Source of the DNA: Eledone cirrhosa
Lineage: Eukaryota
Assembly (NCBI GenBank): GCA_964016885.1
Contig: OZ024743.1
Coordinates: 268,212,001-268,276,000, forward strand
Reading direction: 5' to 3'
Length of the DNA stretch: 64,000 nt
The number at the start of each line of letters is the position of its first letter. The stretch's first letter is position 1. The notes beneath the pieces are model-generated. The model made no database searches. It worked only from the letters and a program-made list of their open reading frames with translations, and was not told the origin of the DNA. This document shows positions 43,650 through 54,881 of this stretch, piece after piece. Position numbers and translations under genes: made by a program.

Positions 43650-45018
43650 CAGAAGTAACGGGATCCAGATACCAACAGGTGAGATGATAAAGGAAATTGA
43701 CTCTGAGGAAGGATACAAGTATTTGGGCGTTCTGGAGGCTGATGGCATAAAGAACAAAAAAATGAAGGAATTGTTAAGAACTGAATACATTCGGAGAGTA
43801 AGGAGCGTATTGAAGTCACATCTGAACAGCAGAAATGCCATAAGCGCAGTAAATTCCCGAGCTGTGTCTATTATTAGGTACAGTGCGGGAATTCTGAGAT
43901 GGAATGTTGCTGAACAAAAAGAAATGGATAGGAAGACTAGGAAGCTATTGACTATCTACAACATGTTCCACAAGAGGAGTGATGTCGATAGACTCTACCT
44001 AAGGAGATCTGAGGGTGGAAGAGGTCTTATCAGCATAGAGGACTGTGTTCAGATGGAGAAAAACAACCTATACAAATACGTGACCTATAGTAAGGAGCCA
44101 ATGCTCAGAACTGTACTGAAGGAGGGGACAGTAGGCCAGGGGATGTCCAAGGAGGAAATAACATCAAGGAGGAAGAGCAGCCTTAAGGGAAAATCCCTTC
44201 ATAGTACCTTCTTTGAGAAAACTGAATTTAGAGATCCACAGACATGGAACTGGTTGAGAAGAGGAGACCTCAAAAAGGCTACAGAAGGAATGCTAATGGC
44301 TGCGCAGGAGCAGGCCCTCAAAACGAAGTGGTTGAAGCACCATATCTACAAGGAGGAGGCTAGCCCACTGTGCAGGATCTGTGGAGAGAGAGAGGAGACT
44401 GTGGCTCACATTGTGTCCGAGTGTAAACACCTAGCCCAGGCCCACTATAAGGGCTGGAGACACGATGTGATGGGCAGGGTGATCCACTGGCACCTGTGCA
44501 AAGTAAACAATTTACCACATTCTGAGAAATGGTATGAGCATAGGCCAGAGGCGGTGATGGAGAACAATCAGGTGAAGGTGCTGTGGGATTTTAGGATACA
44601 GACGGACAAAAAACTGGAACACAATAGACCTGACCTGGTGGTTGTGGACAAAGAAAAAAGATCGTGTCTGATTGTGGATGTGGCCTGCCCGTTCGACACG
44701 AGAGTGCAAGAGAAGGAGAGGGAGAAAATTAACCGATACCAGGACCTAAAGTGGGAGGTGAAAAGGATTTGGAACTGCCATGAAGTCAAAGTGATCCCGA
44801 TTGTCATAGGCGCACTGGGGACTATCTCCAAAAGTTTCCAGGGATGGTTAAAGAAAATCGGCCCCTTCACGCTTTTTGGAACGCTTCAAAAGGCATGCTT
44901 GCTTGGAACAGCAAGAACCCTCCGATACGTCCTGAATATCTGAGGCTGCAGGTAGTGGCTTGATATTCAATCCAACGGACTTTCCAGTTAACCAACATCA
45001 ATGACTGAGATTCAAGGA
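43647..45018 (+). mobile_element. R4/Dong-clade element, 5'-truncated with an uninterrupted C-terminal frame (Dong-2; ORF 43645-44943)
   Basis: YKYLG, GGRGL, CRICGEREETVAHIVSEC, RHD, RPDLVVVD..IVDVACP..EKINRYQDL (PD-(D/E)xK); (AAT)n on both sides. Confidence 0.95.
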
Positions 45019-45026
45019 ATAACAAC

Positions 45027-45074
<48 letters not shown>

Positions 45075-45248
45075 TGTTTCTACTTTTGGCACAAGGCCAG
45101 CAATTATCCAGTGCATTACTGGTACTTTATTTTATCGACCCCGTAAGGATGAAAGGCAAAGTTAACCTCGACGGGATTTGAACTCAGACCGTAAAAGGGA
45201 CGTAACTATGCTGGAAAGCATGGCGTCCGACTCTCTACCGATACTGCC
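45075..45248 (-). mobile_element. tRNA-derived SINE inserted in the Dong-2 tail
   Basis: Reverse complement of the 25726 family; (AAT)n on both sides. Confidence 0.9.
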
Positions 45249-45260
45249 AATAATAATAAT

Positions 45261-45520
45261 GCTTTCTTTATTAACCACAAGGGCTTGCACAAAGTAGACA
45301 TTAAGGACAGTACAGGACATTAATGACAGTACAGGACATTAAGAAAGGTACAAAAGGTCATTTCTGCGTGTAAAAATACAAAAAACAGAGGATGTAATAA
45401 AAAAAATAATAATAATAATAATTGTTTCTACTTGTGACACAAGGCCAGCAATTAACCAGTAGATTACTGGTACTTTATTTTATCGACCCCATAAGGATGA
45501 AAGGCAAAGTTAACCTCAGC
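45261..45520 (-). mobile_element. Tx1 3'UTR fragment (45261-45405), (AAT)n, then SINE 3' fragment (45422-45520)
   Basis: Matches 31806-31930 and 45075-45170 respectively. Confidence 0.8.
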
Positions 45521-47594
45521 GATTTCATTTATTGGCCACAAGGGCCGACATATAGGGGACAATGCAAAAGACTGGGTCAGTGGGGTTTTACAGTAAAATC
45601 GAGTAAACAATATGAATCACAATAACAAAGTAACAATAAAATTACAACAAGAAAAAATTCTCCAATAGGGGGATGATCACCCTGGGTTCGCTCAGGTACC
45701 TCACCAATCCTCAACGACCCGACGCTTCGAGAGCAGCCTGGAAGGGTACCCCCTCTATTCCTTAAATTTACCTACCTACAGCTGCATGACAAGAGTGGGC
45801 CCACTCACACGGGCCATTCTGGCCACATTCACCCACCTTTCAGAAAATGTACTGGGGGGCAGCAGTTCTCTCTCCACGCTCACCTCCCTTTCCAAGTGAA
45901 ACTTGGAAAAGTTGGTGAGGGATTGGCCGAAGAGAAAAGTGTCTGTCTTCATTCCTTTCAACCTCGTCCACCATACAACCTCTTTCGCTACTGCCACCAG
46001 AGGAAAATTGCCTGCCCTTCCTGGCCAAAAGATAGCCGGATCCGTTCTACACGCGACAACAGCTGTTCAACATAACTCCACAAGTTAGTAATGCACGGTC
46101 ACTGGGCAAATGCGTGCAGAACGGTTTCGTCGCTCTGCGCACATCTCGGGCAGGTCCGTCTGACAGCAATTCCACGCCTGTTGAGTGGTGGTCTTTCTAT
46201 TTGTGTTGTTGTTGGTGGTTTTGCAGGTGCTGGTGTTAGTTTGGTCCTCGCTCCGGCGTCGGCAGCAGTGGAGCCTTTCGTCCCCTTGCCTCTTTCAGTA
46301 ATTGAGGGCAGAAGGCTCGCAAATGGGTTTTTTCCCCACAAACAAAACATTGCGGCCTTTTGCTTTCGGTCATAATGTGAATGACCATCCCATTCTGAAG
46401 GCGGATGTGGTCCGGGATTGTCTTCACATTCTCGGGCCTGATCTGGAGAAGGATCTCCAGGACATCCCCGCTCCAGTCCTCTCTGGCCATTCTGGTCACT
46501 TCTATAGGGACGGTATCCGTCCCCTCTACAATCACACATCCCAGAAGCCACCACATGTCAAGTCCTGGTGGGATTCTGGAAATGTGGAGACGGGCCGTTC
46601 TTTTTCCCATGTGGGAGGGGTACACTATGATCTTGCTGGTTTTGCAAGGAGTCATAGCGTGTTTCATAGCGAGGGCTTCTAACTTGAACAACACCGAAAT
46701 TGTGCCGTACTGTCTGCCCCTCTATATGTATTGATTGTCTTCTCTGATGCACCTCAGCGCGACTTCGACACCTTCTTGTGGGATTAAGCTGCTCTTTTGG
46801 TTTGTGCTGAGATGCATCTATAATGCACCGTTCTGCGCTCCACTGCCTCAATAGCTTCTAACGGGACAGTTAAGTTGGCCCAGTTTTGCTCTTACTTGAT
46901 GAGCTTCCATGCCTGAGCCAACTTTTCATCTTTGTTTGAGAGGTCCATGTAGAAGCATGGCCTCTTTTTTGCTGCTACCGCAGCGAAAGTGATCTTGTTT
47001 TCGTTGGGGGTGTTGTTGTCGTTGTTCTTGTTGGTGTTGTTGTTATCACTGTCGCTGTTATCGTTGTTGTCTTTGTTTCCACCGTTGTTCTCGGTGCAGT
47101 TGGTATTGTTGCTGTTGGAGTTGTCGCTATTTGTATTCATGTTAGTGGTGTTGATATTGTTGTTGCATTTGTCATTTATTTTTTGTTTATTTTTTGTTAT
47201 CTGTATTTTCGTTGTCGCTGTTACTGGCATTTTTTTCAAAATTAGAGTTCTCACTGATATCATTGGTGACTTTGTTTACATTGTTTGTGTCATCAATTTG
47301 TGTTAATTTCGCTGTTGCGCTCCTCTCAACTTCTACGTCGTTGTGGCACGACAGCAGACATATGGCTGGGGGGCGTAGCTCAGCCATGTTTTTTTGTTTT
47401 TTTTTCCGTAAATTTTTTCAAATGTAAAAAAAGTTCAAATATTTGGGCCGAAAGGCCCAAATATTATACTTTCCCCTTCACAGGGCAAAGTGTAAGGGCT
47501 TATATCCCTTACACAACAAGAAATATTTAACAACAAATAATTATAACAGGCAAATAAAGCGACTTACTGTGAGCAAAATACGTCCGATTAGACC
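45521..47594 (-). mobile_element. Internally deleted Tx1 LINE (copy C): distinct 5'UTR and ORF1 joined to the ORF2 C-terminus
   Basis: ORF1 core RPQCFVCGEKTHLRAFCP; junction at ~46180 to GIAVRRTCPRCAQSDETVLHA; ORF2 end at 45776-45997. Confidence 0.85.
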
Positions 47595-47618
47595 AATAAT
47601 AATTTATAATAATAATAA

Positions 47619-47649
<31 letters not shown>

Positions 47650-47651
<2 letters not shown>

Positions 47652-50600
47652 ATTCTTTATTAACCACAAGGGTTTACATAAAGTAGACATTAAGGACAGT
47701 ACAGGACAATACAGGACGGTACAAATGGGCATTTCTGCGTGTAAACAAAAAACAGAGGATGAAATAAAATAACAAAGAAAAATTCCCCAATAGGGTGGAG
47801 ATTTCCGAGGGACATTTGTGGAGAAAGCCCATTAAAAGACCACAGTGGCCCTGGCCACCAGGGCAAGTGCCCTCTCCCAGTTTTCCACCTTTAATTTACA
47901 GACACATACTCAGAGAAGGCCCATTCATTCGGGCCATACTTGCTTCTCTCACCCATCTTTCAACAAAATGCTGGGAAGAGAGCACTTCCCTCTCTACTCT
48001 GATTTTCCTTTTCAGATGAAATTTGAAAAAGGTAATCAGGGCATCACCGAAGAGGTAAGTGCTCGTCTTCAGCTCTTTCAAACGTGTCCACCATACTATC
48101 TCTTTCGCCATGGCCACCAGACAGATAAAAACTTCCTGCCCTTCCCGGCTAAAGGAAGAGGGCGGGGCAATCCTCACAATGGACTCAGCTGATAGCTGGA
48201 TCCGTCCTACACGTGACAGCGGGTGTTCGACATAAACCCACACTGGACTAGTGCGTGCGGGACGGTTTCGTCGCCCTGTGCGCATCTCGGACATGCCCGG
48301 CTGACGGCACCTCCATGCCTGTAAAGTTTATCCCGAACTGGCAAAGCACCCCGGTAGCACTGCCAGGCCAGGGATTTCTGGAAGTTATCCATAGGCCCCG
48401 GCCCGAAAGTCCTTCCGAAGAGATTGGCTAGTTGATTTTCGTCGACGCCTAGAGTTTCTCCAAGTACGTCGTCGCTCTTCCCCTCCACTAATCCCCTATA
48501 GAACGCCAAGGTGGAGTTTCCACCGATCACATTGCCCGATTGGTCGAGGGCTGTGAGCGCCTGAAGACATTCCAGTCTCCAAGCGCTCCCTCTCGGTCTT
48601 CGCTTGACCCAGGACTGCAGCTCCGTCAAGGAGACGAGCTGGGGAAAAACGTGTCTAGCAAACGGCAACCACACCTGATCACCGTCGAGGAAGAGGTGGA
48701 GATGTCGTAGCCTGAGCGCGTGTCTGCGCATCATCAGCCTCGGCATGCCCAGCCCTCCACGTAGCGGGTGTTGACAGCAGATGGACCGCCTGACCATCGG
48801 AGCGCGTCCCTTCCACAAGAAGCGAAAGAGCAAACGCTCCAGCGCAGTCAGGCGGGGATTAGGACAAGGTACGACGGTCAGGCGGTAGTAGATGACGGAC
48901 GCGATGTACGCGTTAGCCACCTCCGCTCGACATTTAAGGGATAGGTTCCTCTCGGCCCATTTCTGGGTGAGAGAAGCCACCCTGCTCGTCACCTCGTCCC
49001 AGTTTTTGTCCGTCTGGAGGTCTGGACCGAACCAGACCCCTAGTAATTTAACCGGTCCGTCTGTCCAGCGCCCGACGACGCTGTTGGACGGCATGGACCT
49101 GCCTCTCCAGGTGCCGAGCTGCAGGCCCACTGATTTTTCCTGGTTGATCATTGCTCCTGTCACCGCTTCGTATTATCTTAGTGTAGTGCCGATCGCCTCG
49201 ATGTGTTTGGCGTTCGACACCACTACGGTGACATCGTCGGCATATGCTGACACGGATCTTCCGCATCCTAGTTCGCGCGGGATCCCCCTCAACGTCTCCA
49301 GTTTGTGCAGTAATGGCTCGAGAGTCAATACGTACAATAGGGACGAGAGGGGACATCCTTGGCGCACCGAGCGCATGATGTTGAACGGTTCCGAAAGTGA
49401 CCATTCACTCTCACTACAGAGCAAATGTTGCTGTGCATGGCAGCGATCCAGCCTCTGAAGACGGGCCCAAAGCCAGCCGCCCTCAGGACTGCCTCTAGGT
49501 AACGATGGTCGGCCCTATCGAAGGCTTTCGACTGATCTAAATTGATCAAAGACCCACCCGTGCCAGGTTCCCTAGCTACCCTCTCTACGATGTATCGCAT
49601 GAGATGGTGGTTGTCGTGGATGGATCTGTCGGGAATGGCGCATGTCTGTGCCTCTCCCACCAGACCACCAACGACAAGCGCCAACCTCTTTGCTAGCACC
49701 TTGGCCAAAATCTTGAACTCTGTGTTTAGCAGAGTTATGGGCCTATAGTCATCTATGTTATCCCCCTTGTTCGGATCCTTTCTCAGCAGCGCCACCGCTC
49801 CTCGGCTCACAGAGCTGGGAATCCTCCCGTTCTGTTGCAGTAGACGTCCGCCAAGAGGCCTCCGAACAAGTCTGGCATTTGTACGTAAAGTTCATAGGGC
49901 AGACCATCCAAACCAGGCGATTTACCCCTTGTGCAACTAGTCATTGCATCCCGTACTTCAGCGGTTGTTATCTGCTTTTCGCAACACTCCGCCTCAGTGG
50001 CCGAAAGCCGCGGCAGTCCGTCGAGGTAGACACTAAAGTCCATCCCTCGATCCGGCCCGCCACTGCCTCCGAACAGTTGAGCGAAGTGTCGCTGAAAATC
50101 TTCACACATTTGCCCGGGATCGAGTAGCATGCGCCCGTCGTGGTCCACCAATGACCGGATCGTGGCTTTGTTGCCACGACGCGTCTCCGCCACTCGGGCC
50201 CATTGAACGGCTTTCGTCCCCTCGTGTCTGAGAGCACGCACCCTAGCTCTGACAACGCAGCCTTCGTGTTTTGCATTGAAGAATTGGTCAAGGGCCAATT
50301 TCGCTGCAAGTACGTCGGTCGCGATGCCTTTGCTAAGCGCCTCATCTAATTTTCTAACTAGTCCTCCCTCTCCTCTATTTTTCTCTATTGCTAAAGTCTT
50401 ACTAAACCTAATGGACTCTATTCTAATTGTTCTTTTCAGAGCAAACCACCACTTGTTGTTGACGATGGCCCCCATCAACGCCCGCTTAACTAGTTCGCTA
50501 ATCCGGTCTCTGTAGGCCTTTGGCGCTGGTAAGGACGCGTTTAGCTTCCAGTAGCCGGGTCCTCGCCTATGAAGCCTATCTAAGTCAAGCACACAGATCA

Positions 50601-53525
50601 CGAATTTGTGGTCCGTGTAGCTGACTATCTTGAATTGTGGACATCCTATGCTAGACCTATCTATTTCCCTACAAAATACTCTATCTAGATATGATCTGGA
50701 TGACCCTATGCGATTTGTCCAAGTCCACATTGGTACATTCGGGAAATCCATTCGGTACCTGTCAGACAGTTCAAAACGTCTGAGCAGGTTGGTGAGACTC
50801 TTGCACCCTCCTTCCCTATCCACTAATCCCACACAATTCCAGCGTGCATCTAAGATCCCGTTCCAGTCGCCCACTAACACTAAAGAGCGGGACGTTCCAA
50901 GAAAGGTCTCCAGACGCCGGAAGAAATAAGGCCGTCCTGATCCTGTCGGGGCATAGACGGCCACTAACCTGAAAGCTTGCCCGTCTCCGCTGGTCACGTC
51001 CAGCACCACCAACTTACCTTCTGGGTCCAGGAAGATGGCCCGTATGGCAAGATCCAAACCTCTCCGAAAAAGCACAGCAACTCTTCCCCCGATCCCGGAC
51101 GGCTGGGAGATGCGTACACATCGTAGCCGCCGAAGATCGGTGCGAAAGCCTGTGCTTCGGAGATTCTGGTCTCGGTGATGGCCATTACATCTATGTTTAG
51201 TGACCTGAGGTCGTTGAGCAGGTGGCCCTGCTTCCATGACGACCCCAAGCCACGCGCATTTATGCTGCCTATTCTGAGTGAGGTCATGTTGAAAAGGAGT
51301 GGAAAAGATGGGAAAGACCACTTACCTTACTTCTCGTAGGGGAAGGTCGGTTTTTTCCATCCTTTTCACTGCTTGTGGCCTCCTCAGGAAGGATGTCTTT
51401 ATAAATCCTCCTGGAGAGTGCTTGTCGGAAGTCTTTGGGGAATTTTTTGTTTTAGTGTCATGTACGTTTTCTGTGTGATGCGAGTGATTTGTATGTGTGG
51501 AGGTGGTGTGAATTTTGGGGTTGTTGTGTAGTCTTTTTCTGTGATGCTGGTGTTGTGTTGGATGTAGTGTAATAATTGCTTGTTGTTCAAATTTAATGCT
51601 GTGTAGTGTGTATCGTTTTGGTTGTTTTGTTTTGTTTGCGTTTGTTGTGGGTTTGTTTCTGTTTCGCATTTTGGTGACTTTTGTGGTGTAGGTGATGGTA
51701 GTGTTGGAGTTAATGATGGTGATTGTGTTGGTGTTTGGGTTGATGGGGTTGGTGATGCTGGTTTGGATGGTGGCATATCTGTCCTAACTTTTTTGTTTCT
51801 TAGTTTATTTGTTTCCCTCTGTATTTTGTTTTTGGAGGGGGAAGGAAGAGAATTTTTTCTTTTTTGGTTTCTTTTTTTTTCCGGATATCGTTTCCCACTC
51901 CTCGTCGTCACAATCTGTCTCCAGTTGTGATAGGCCGGGGAGTGGAAAATCCTCCACAGGCGTTAATTTTGGTTGTGGCGTTGTGGATGGTGTAGGCGCT
52001 GGTGCTAGTTCTGAAGCGTTGGGTGGTGGTGGTGTTGGTTTTGCTGGTGGTGGTGGTGGTGTTGGTTTTGCTACTGTTGCTGGGGTTGTTGCTGTTATAG
52101 TTGCTTCTGTTGTTGCTGCTACAGTTGTTGCTGCCATCTCTGCTACTGGTGGTGTTGATGGTTGTGTTACTGGGGTGGGTAGGAGAGGTGGCCTCAACCT
52201 TTTAGCCTGAGGGCAGAAAGCCCTTAGGTGGGTTCCTTCACCACAAACGACACACCTAGGTCTTCTGCCCTCGACAATTACCGTGAGGTGGCTGCCGTCA
52301 GTGAGGTCTATTACCTCTGGGATCTCCTCAATGCTTTTTTGGTCCGCTTGGATCAGGAGCTCCATCCCAGATCCGGACCAGTTCTCCTGCTTTTCTTTTG
52401 CTATTGCTATTATTTTTGTGTTGGCTTCGATGCCGGCGAGGACGGCCGCTATTAGCCAGGTAATTTCGATGGCCGGTGGAACGTGGGTCACCCTGATCTT
52501 TACGAGTCTCTGGCCACAATAGCTTGGGACGAGTGTGAAGTCGTCACTTCTTAATGGGGACATGGAGTGTTCTCTAGCCTCCTCTGGTGTTTCAAAGAAC
52601 ACGTCCACGGTTCCATACTTCTGCCCACGTCTGATGTGGGTTTTTCTTGCCCACACATGTCCCAAAGCTTTTGGGATTTGGGACTCGGATGCCCGTTCCA
52701 CTCGGCGCGATTTTACATATATCGTTCGATACGACACGGTGCATAGGCGCCGATGCTCCATTTTATTAGGTGGGGGAGTGAGGCTGACCCTGTACCCATC
52801 TTTCTTTACCATTGTTTGGCATTTTCTAAATCCTCCTGAGTTACCGTAAATGCTTCGAACTGTTTTGCTACTCTGGCGAAACTGAGGGGGGGGGGTTTAT
52901 AATGTCATTGTTGTTGTTGTTGCTATCGTTTTTTGTGTTAATATTAATTTTAGTTTCAGTTGTGGTGGTGGTGACGTCAGTCGTCTTTGGTGGGGAAGAG
53001 TCCATTTTGCTTGATTTCATTTCGACATCACGAGTTAATTTATTTTTTTCTTCTTTTGTTTCTGTTGTCGCGGTGGTGGTGGTGGTGGTGGTGGTTGTCG
53101 CGGTGGTGGTGGTGGTGGTGGTGGAGGCTTTAACACCTGCAGTCATTGGTAATGGCGGGAAATGAATGTCTGCCTGAGACAAATTAAAATATTTCTAGTG
53201 CTTATATTTTTTTTAGTGTTGGCAAACGTAGTAACATTTACAATTGTGGTGTCGGTGTGAGGTGTTAATTTGTGAGAAAGGCTTTCAGCTGCTTGGTGCA
53301 GAGGTGAATTAGCCATTTTTTTTTAAAGAAATTTTTTGATAATAATAAAAGTTTAAATTTTGGGCACAAGGCCCCAATCTTTTTGGGTTTCCTTTTCGGA
53401 AAACATTGTATGTGCGCTTGTATATGGTTAACAATAAAATTTTTCCATAAATGGCAATTTTTAACAAACGGAAATAACAAACCTTTGCGGAGCTCACGAT
53501 GATACGATTTACTACGTAGGTCGCC
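47650..53525 (-). mobile_element. Full-length Tx1 LINE (copy D), frameshifted; ORF1 ~53316-51322, ORF2 51287-47896
   Basis: APE, RT and zinc-finger fragments; ORF1 RRPRCVVCGEGTHLRAFC; 5' end GGCGACCTACGTAGTAAATCG identical to copy B; (AAT)n on both sides. Confidence 0.95.
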
Positions 53526-53558
<33 letters not shown>

Positions 53559-53559
<1 letters not shown>

Positions 53560-54462
53560 TGTACTGCGAAAAGTGAGAGCAGGATACAGGTTGGGAAAGG
53601 GAGGGCTTACCATCAATCACCTCCTCTTCATGGACGATCTTAAGCTCTTCGGGAAGAGTGAGAAGGAGTTGGATGTGCTTGTTGACACTGTCCGTATTCT
53701 CAGCAATGATATATGTATGCAATTTGGTATTAGTAAGTGTGGAGTCATTGTGATGAGGAGGGGTAAGTTGAGCAGAAGTAACGGAATCCAGGTACCAACA
53801 GGTGAGATGATAAAGGAAATTGACTCTGAAGAAGGATATAAGTATTTGGGTGTTCTGGAGGCTGATGACACCAAGAACAAAAAAATGAAGGAATTGATAA
53901 GAACTGAATACATTCGGAGAGTAAGGAGCACATTAAAGTCACATCTGAACAGTAGGAATGCCATAAGTGCAGTAAATTCCCGAGCTGTGTCTATTATTAG
54001 GTACAGTGCGGGAATTCTGAGATGGAATGTTGCTGAACAAAAAGAAATGGATAGGAAGACTAGGAAACTATTGACTATCTACAACATGTTCCACAAGAAA
54101 AAAGATCGTGCCTGATTGTAGATGTAACCTGCCCATTCGACACGAGAGCGCAAGAGAAGGAGAGGGAGAAAATTAACCGATACCAGGACTTAAAGTGGGA
54201 GGTAAAATGGATTTGGAACTGCCATGAAGTCAAAGTGATCCCGATTGTCATAGGCGCACTAGGGACTATCTCCAAAAGTTTCCAGGGATGGTTAAAGAAA
54301 ATTGGCCCCTTCACGCTTTTTGGAACGCTTCAAAAGTTATGCTTGCTGGGAACAGCAAGAACCCTCCGATACGTCCTGAATATCTGAGGCTGCAGGTAGT
54401 GGCTTGATATTCATTTCAACAAACTTTCCAGTTAACTGACATCAATGACTGAGACTCAAAGA

Positions 54463-54463
<1 letters not shown>
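53559..54463 (+). mobile_element. R4/Dong-clade element, 5'-truncated with a ~680-bp internal deletion at ~54097 (Dong-3)
   Basis: HLLFMDDLKL, YKYLG; jumps from MFHK to the region just after RPD; same 3'UTR as Dong-1/2; tail at 54464-54511. Confidence 0.9.
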
Positions 54464-54511
<48 letters not shown>

Positions 54512-54512
<1 letters not shown>

Positions 54513-54700
54513 TGTTTCTACTTTAGGCACAAGGCCAGCAATTACCCAGGGCATTACTGGTACTTTATTTTATCGACCCCGTAAGGATGAAAGGCAAAGT
54601 CAACCTCGGCGGGATTTGAACTCAGATCGTAAAGGGACGTAACTATGCTGGAAAGCATGGCGTCCGACCCTCTACCGATACTGCCAATCCACCGCTCTTA
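54512..54700 (-). mobile_element. Full-length tRNA-derived SINE in the Dong-3 tail
   Basis: Reverse complement of the 25726 family; (AAT)n on both sides. Confidence 0.9.
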
Positions 54701-54726
54701 AATAATAATAATAATAATAATAATAA

Positions 54727-54881
54727 GGACTAGATAAAAGCGCCAAAGCAACGTTCACCAGAGGAAAGCTGCTGAAAAGTTCAGACATTAATCTTGATCG
54801 AGGGAATGTGATAAGAGAACTTGAACAAGAGGAAACTTACAAATATCTAGGCGTTTGTGAAGGAGACGGAATCAAGCACTC
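54727..54881 (+). mobile_element. Fragment of a second, diverged R4/Dong family
   Basis: GLDKSAKATFTRGKL...IRELEQEETYKYLGVCEGDGIKH aligns to GISKCGV..RGKL..IKEIDSEEGYKYLGVLEADGIK; starts at (AAT)n. Confidence 0.75.

Noticed and set aside
47560-47594. Copy C 5' end GGTCTAATCGG...CA|GTAAGT resembling a spliced-leader exon
   Set aside because: Only an 8-nt resemblance, no Sm site identified, and not shared by the other 5' ends
33082-52849. Recurrent plus-strand ORFs such as MTDAMYALATS and MKNWSRANF
   Set aside because: Antisense shadows of GC-rich Tx1 ORF2; they recur only because the element is repeated
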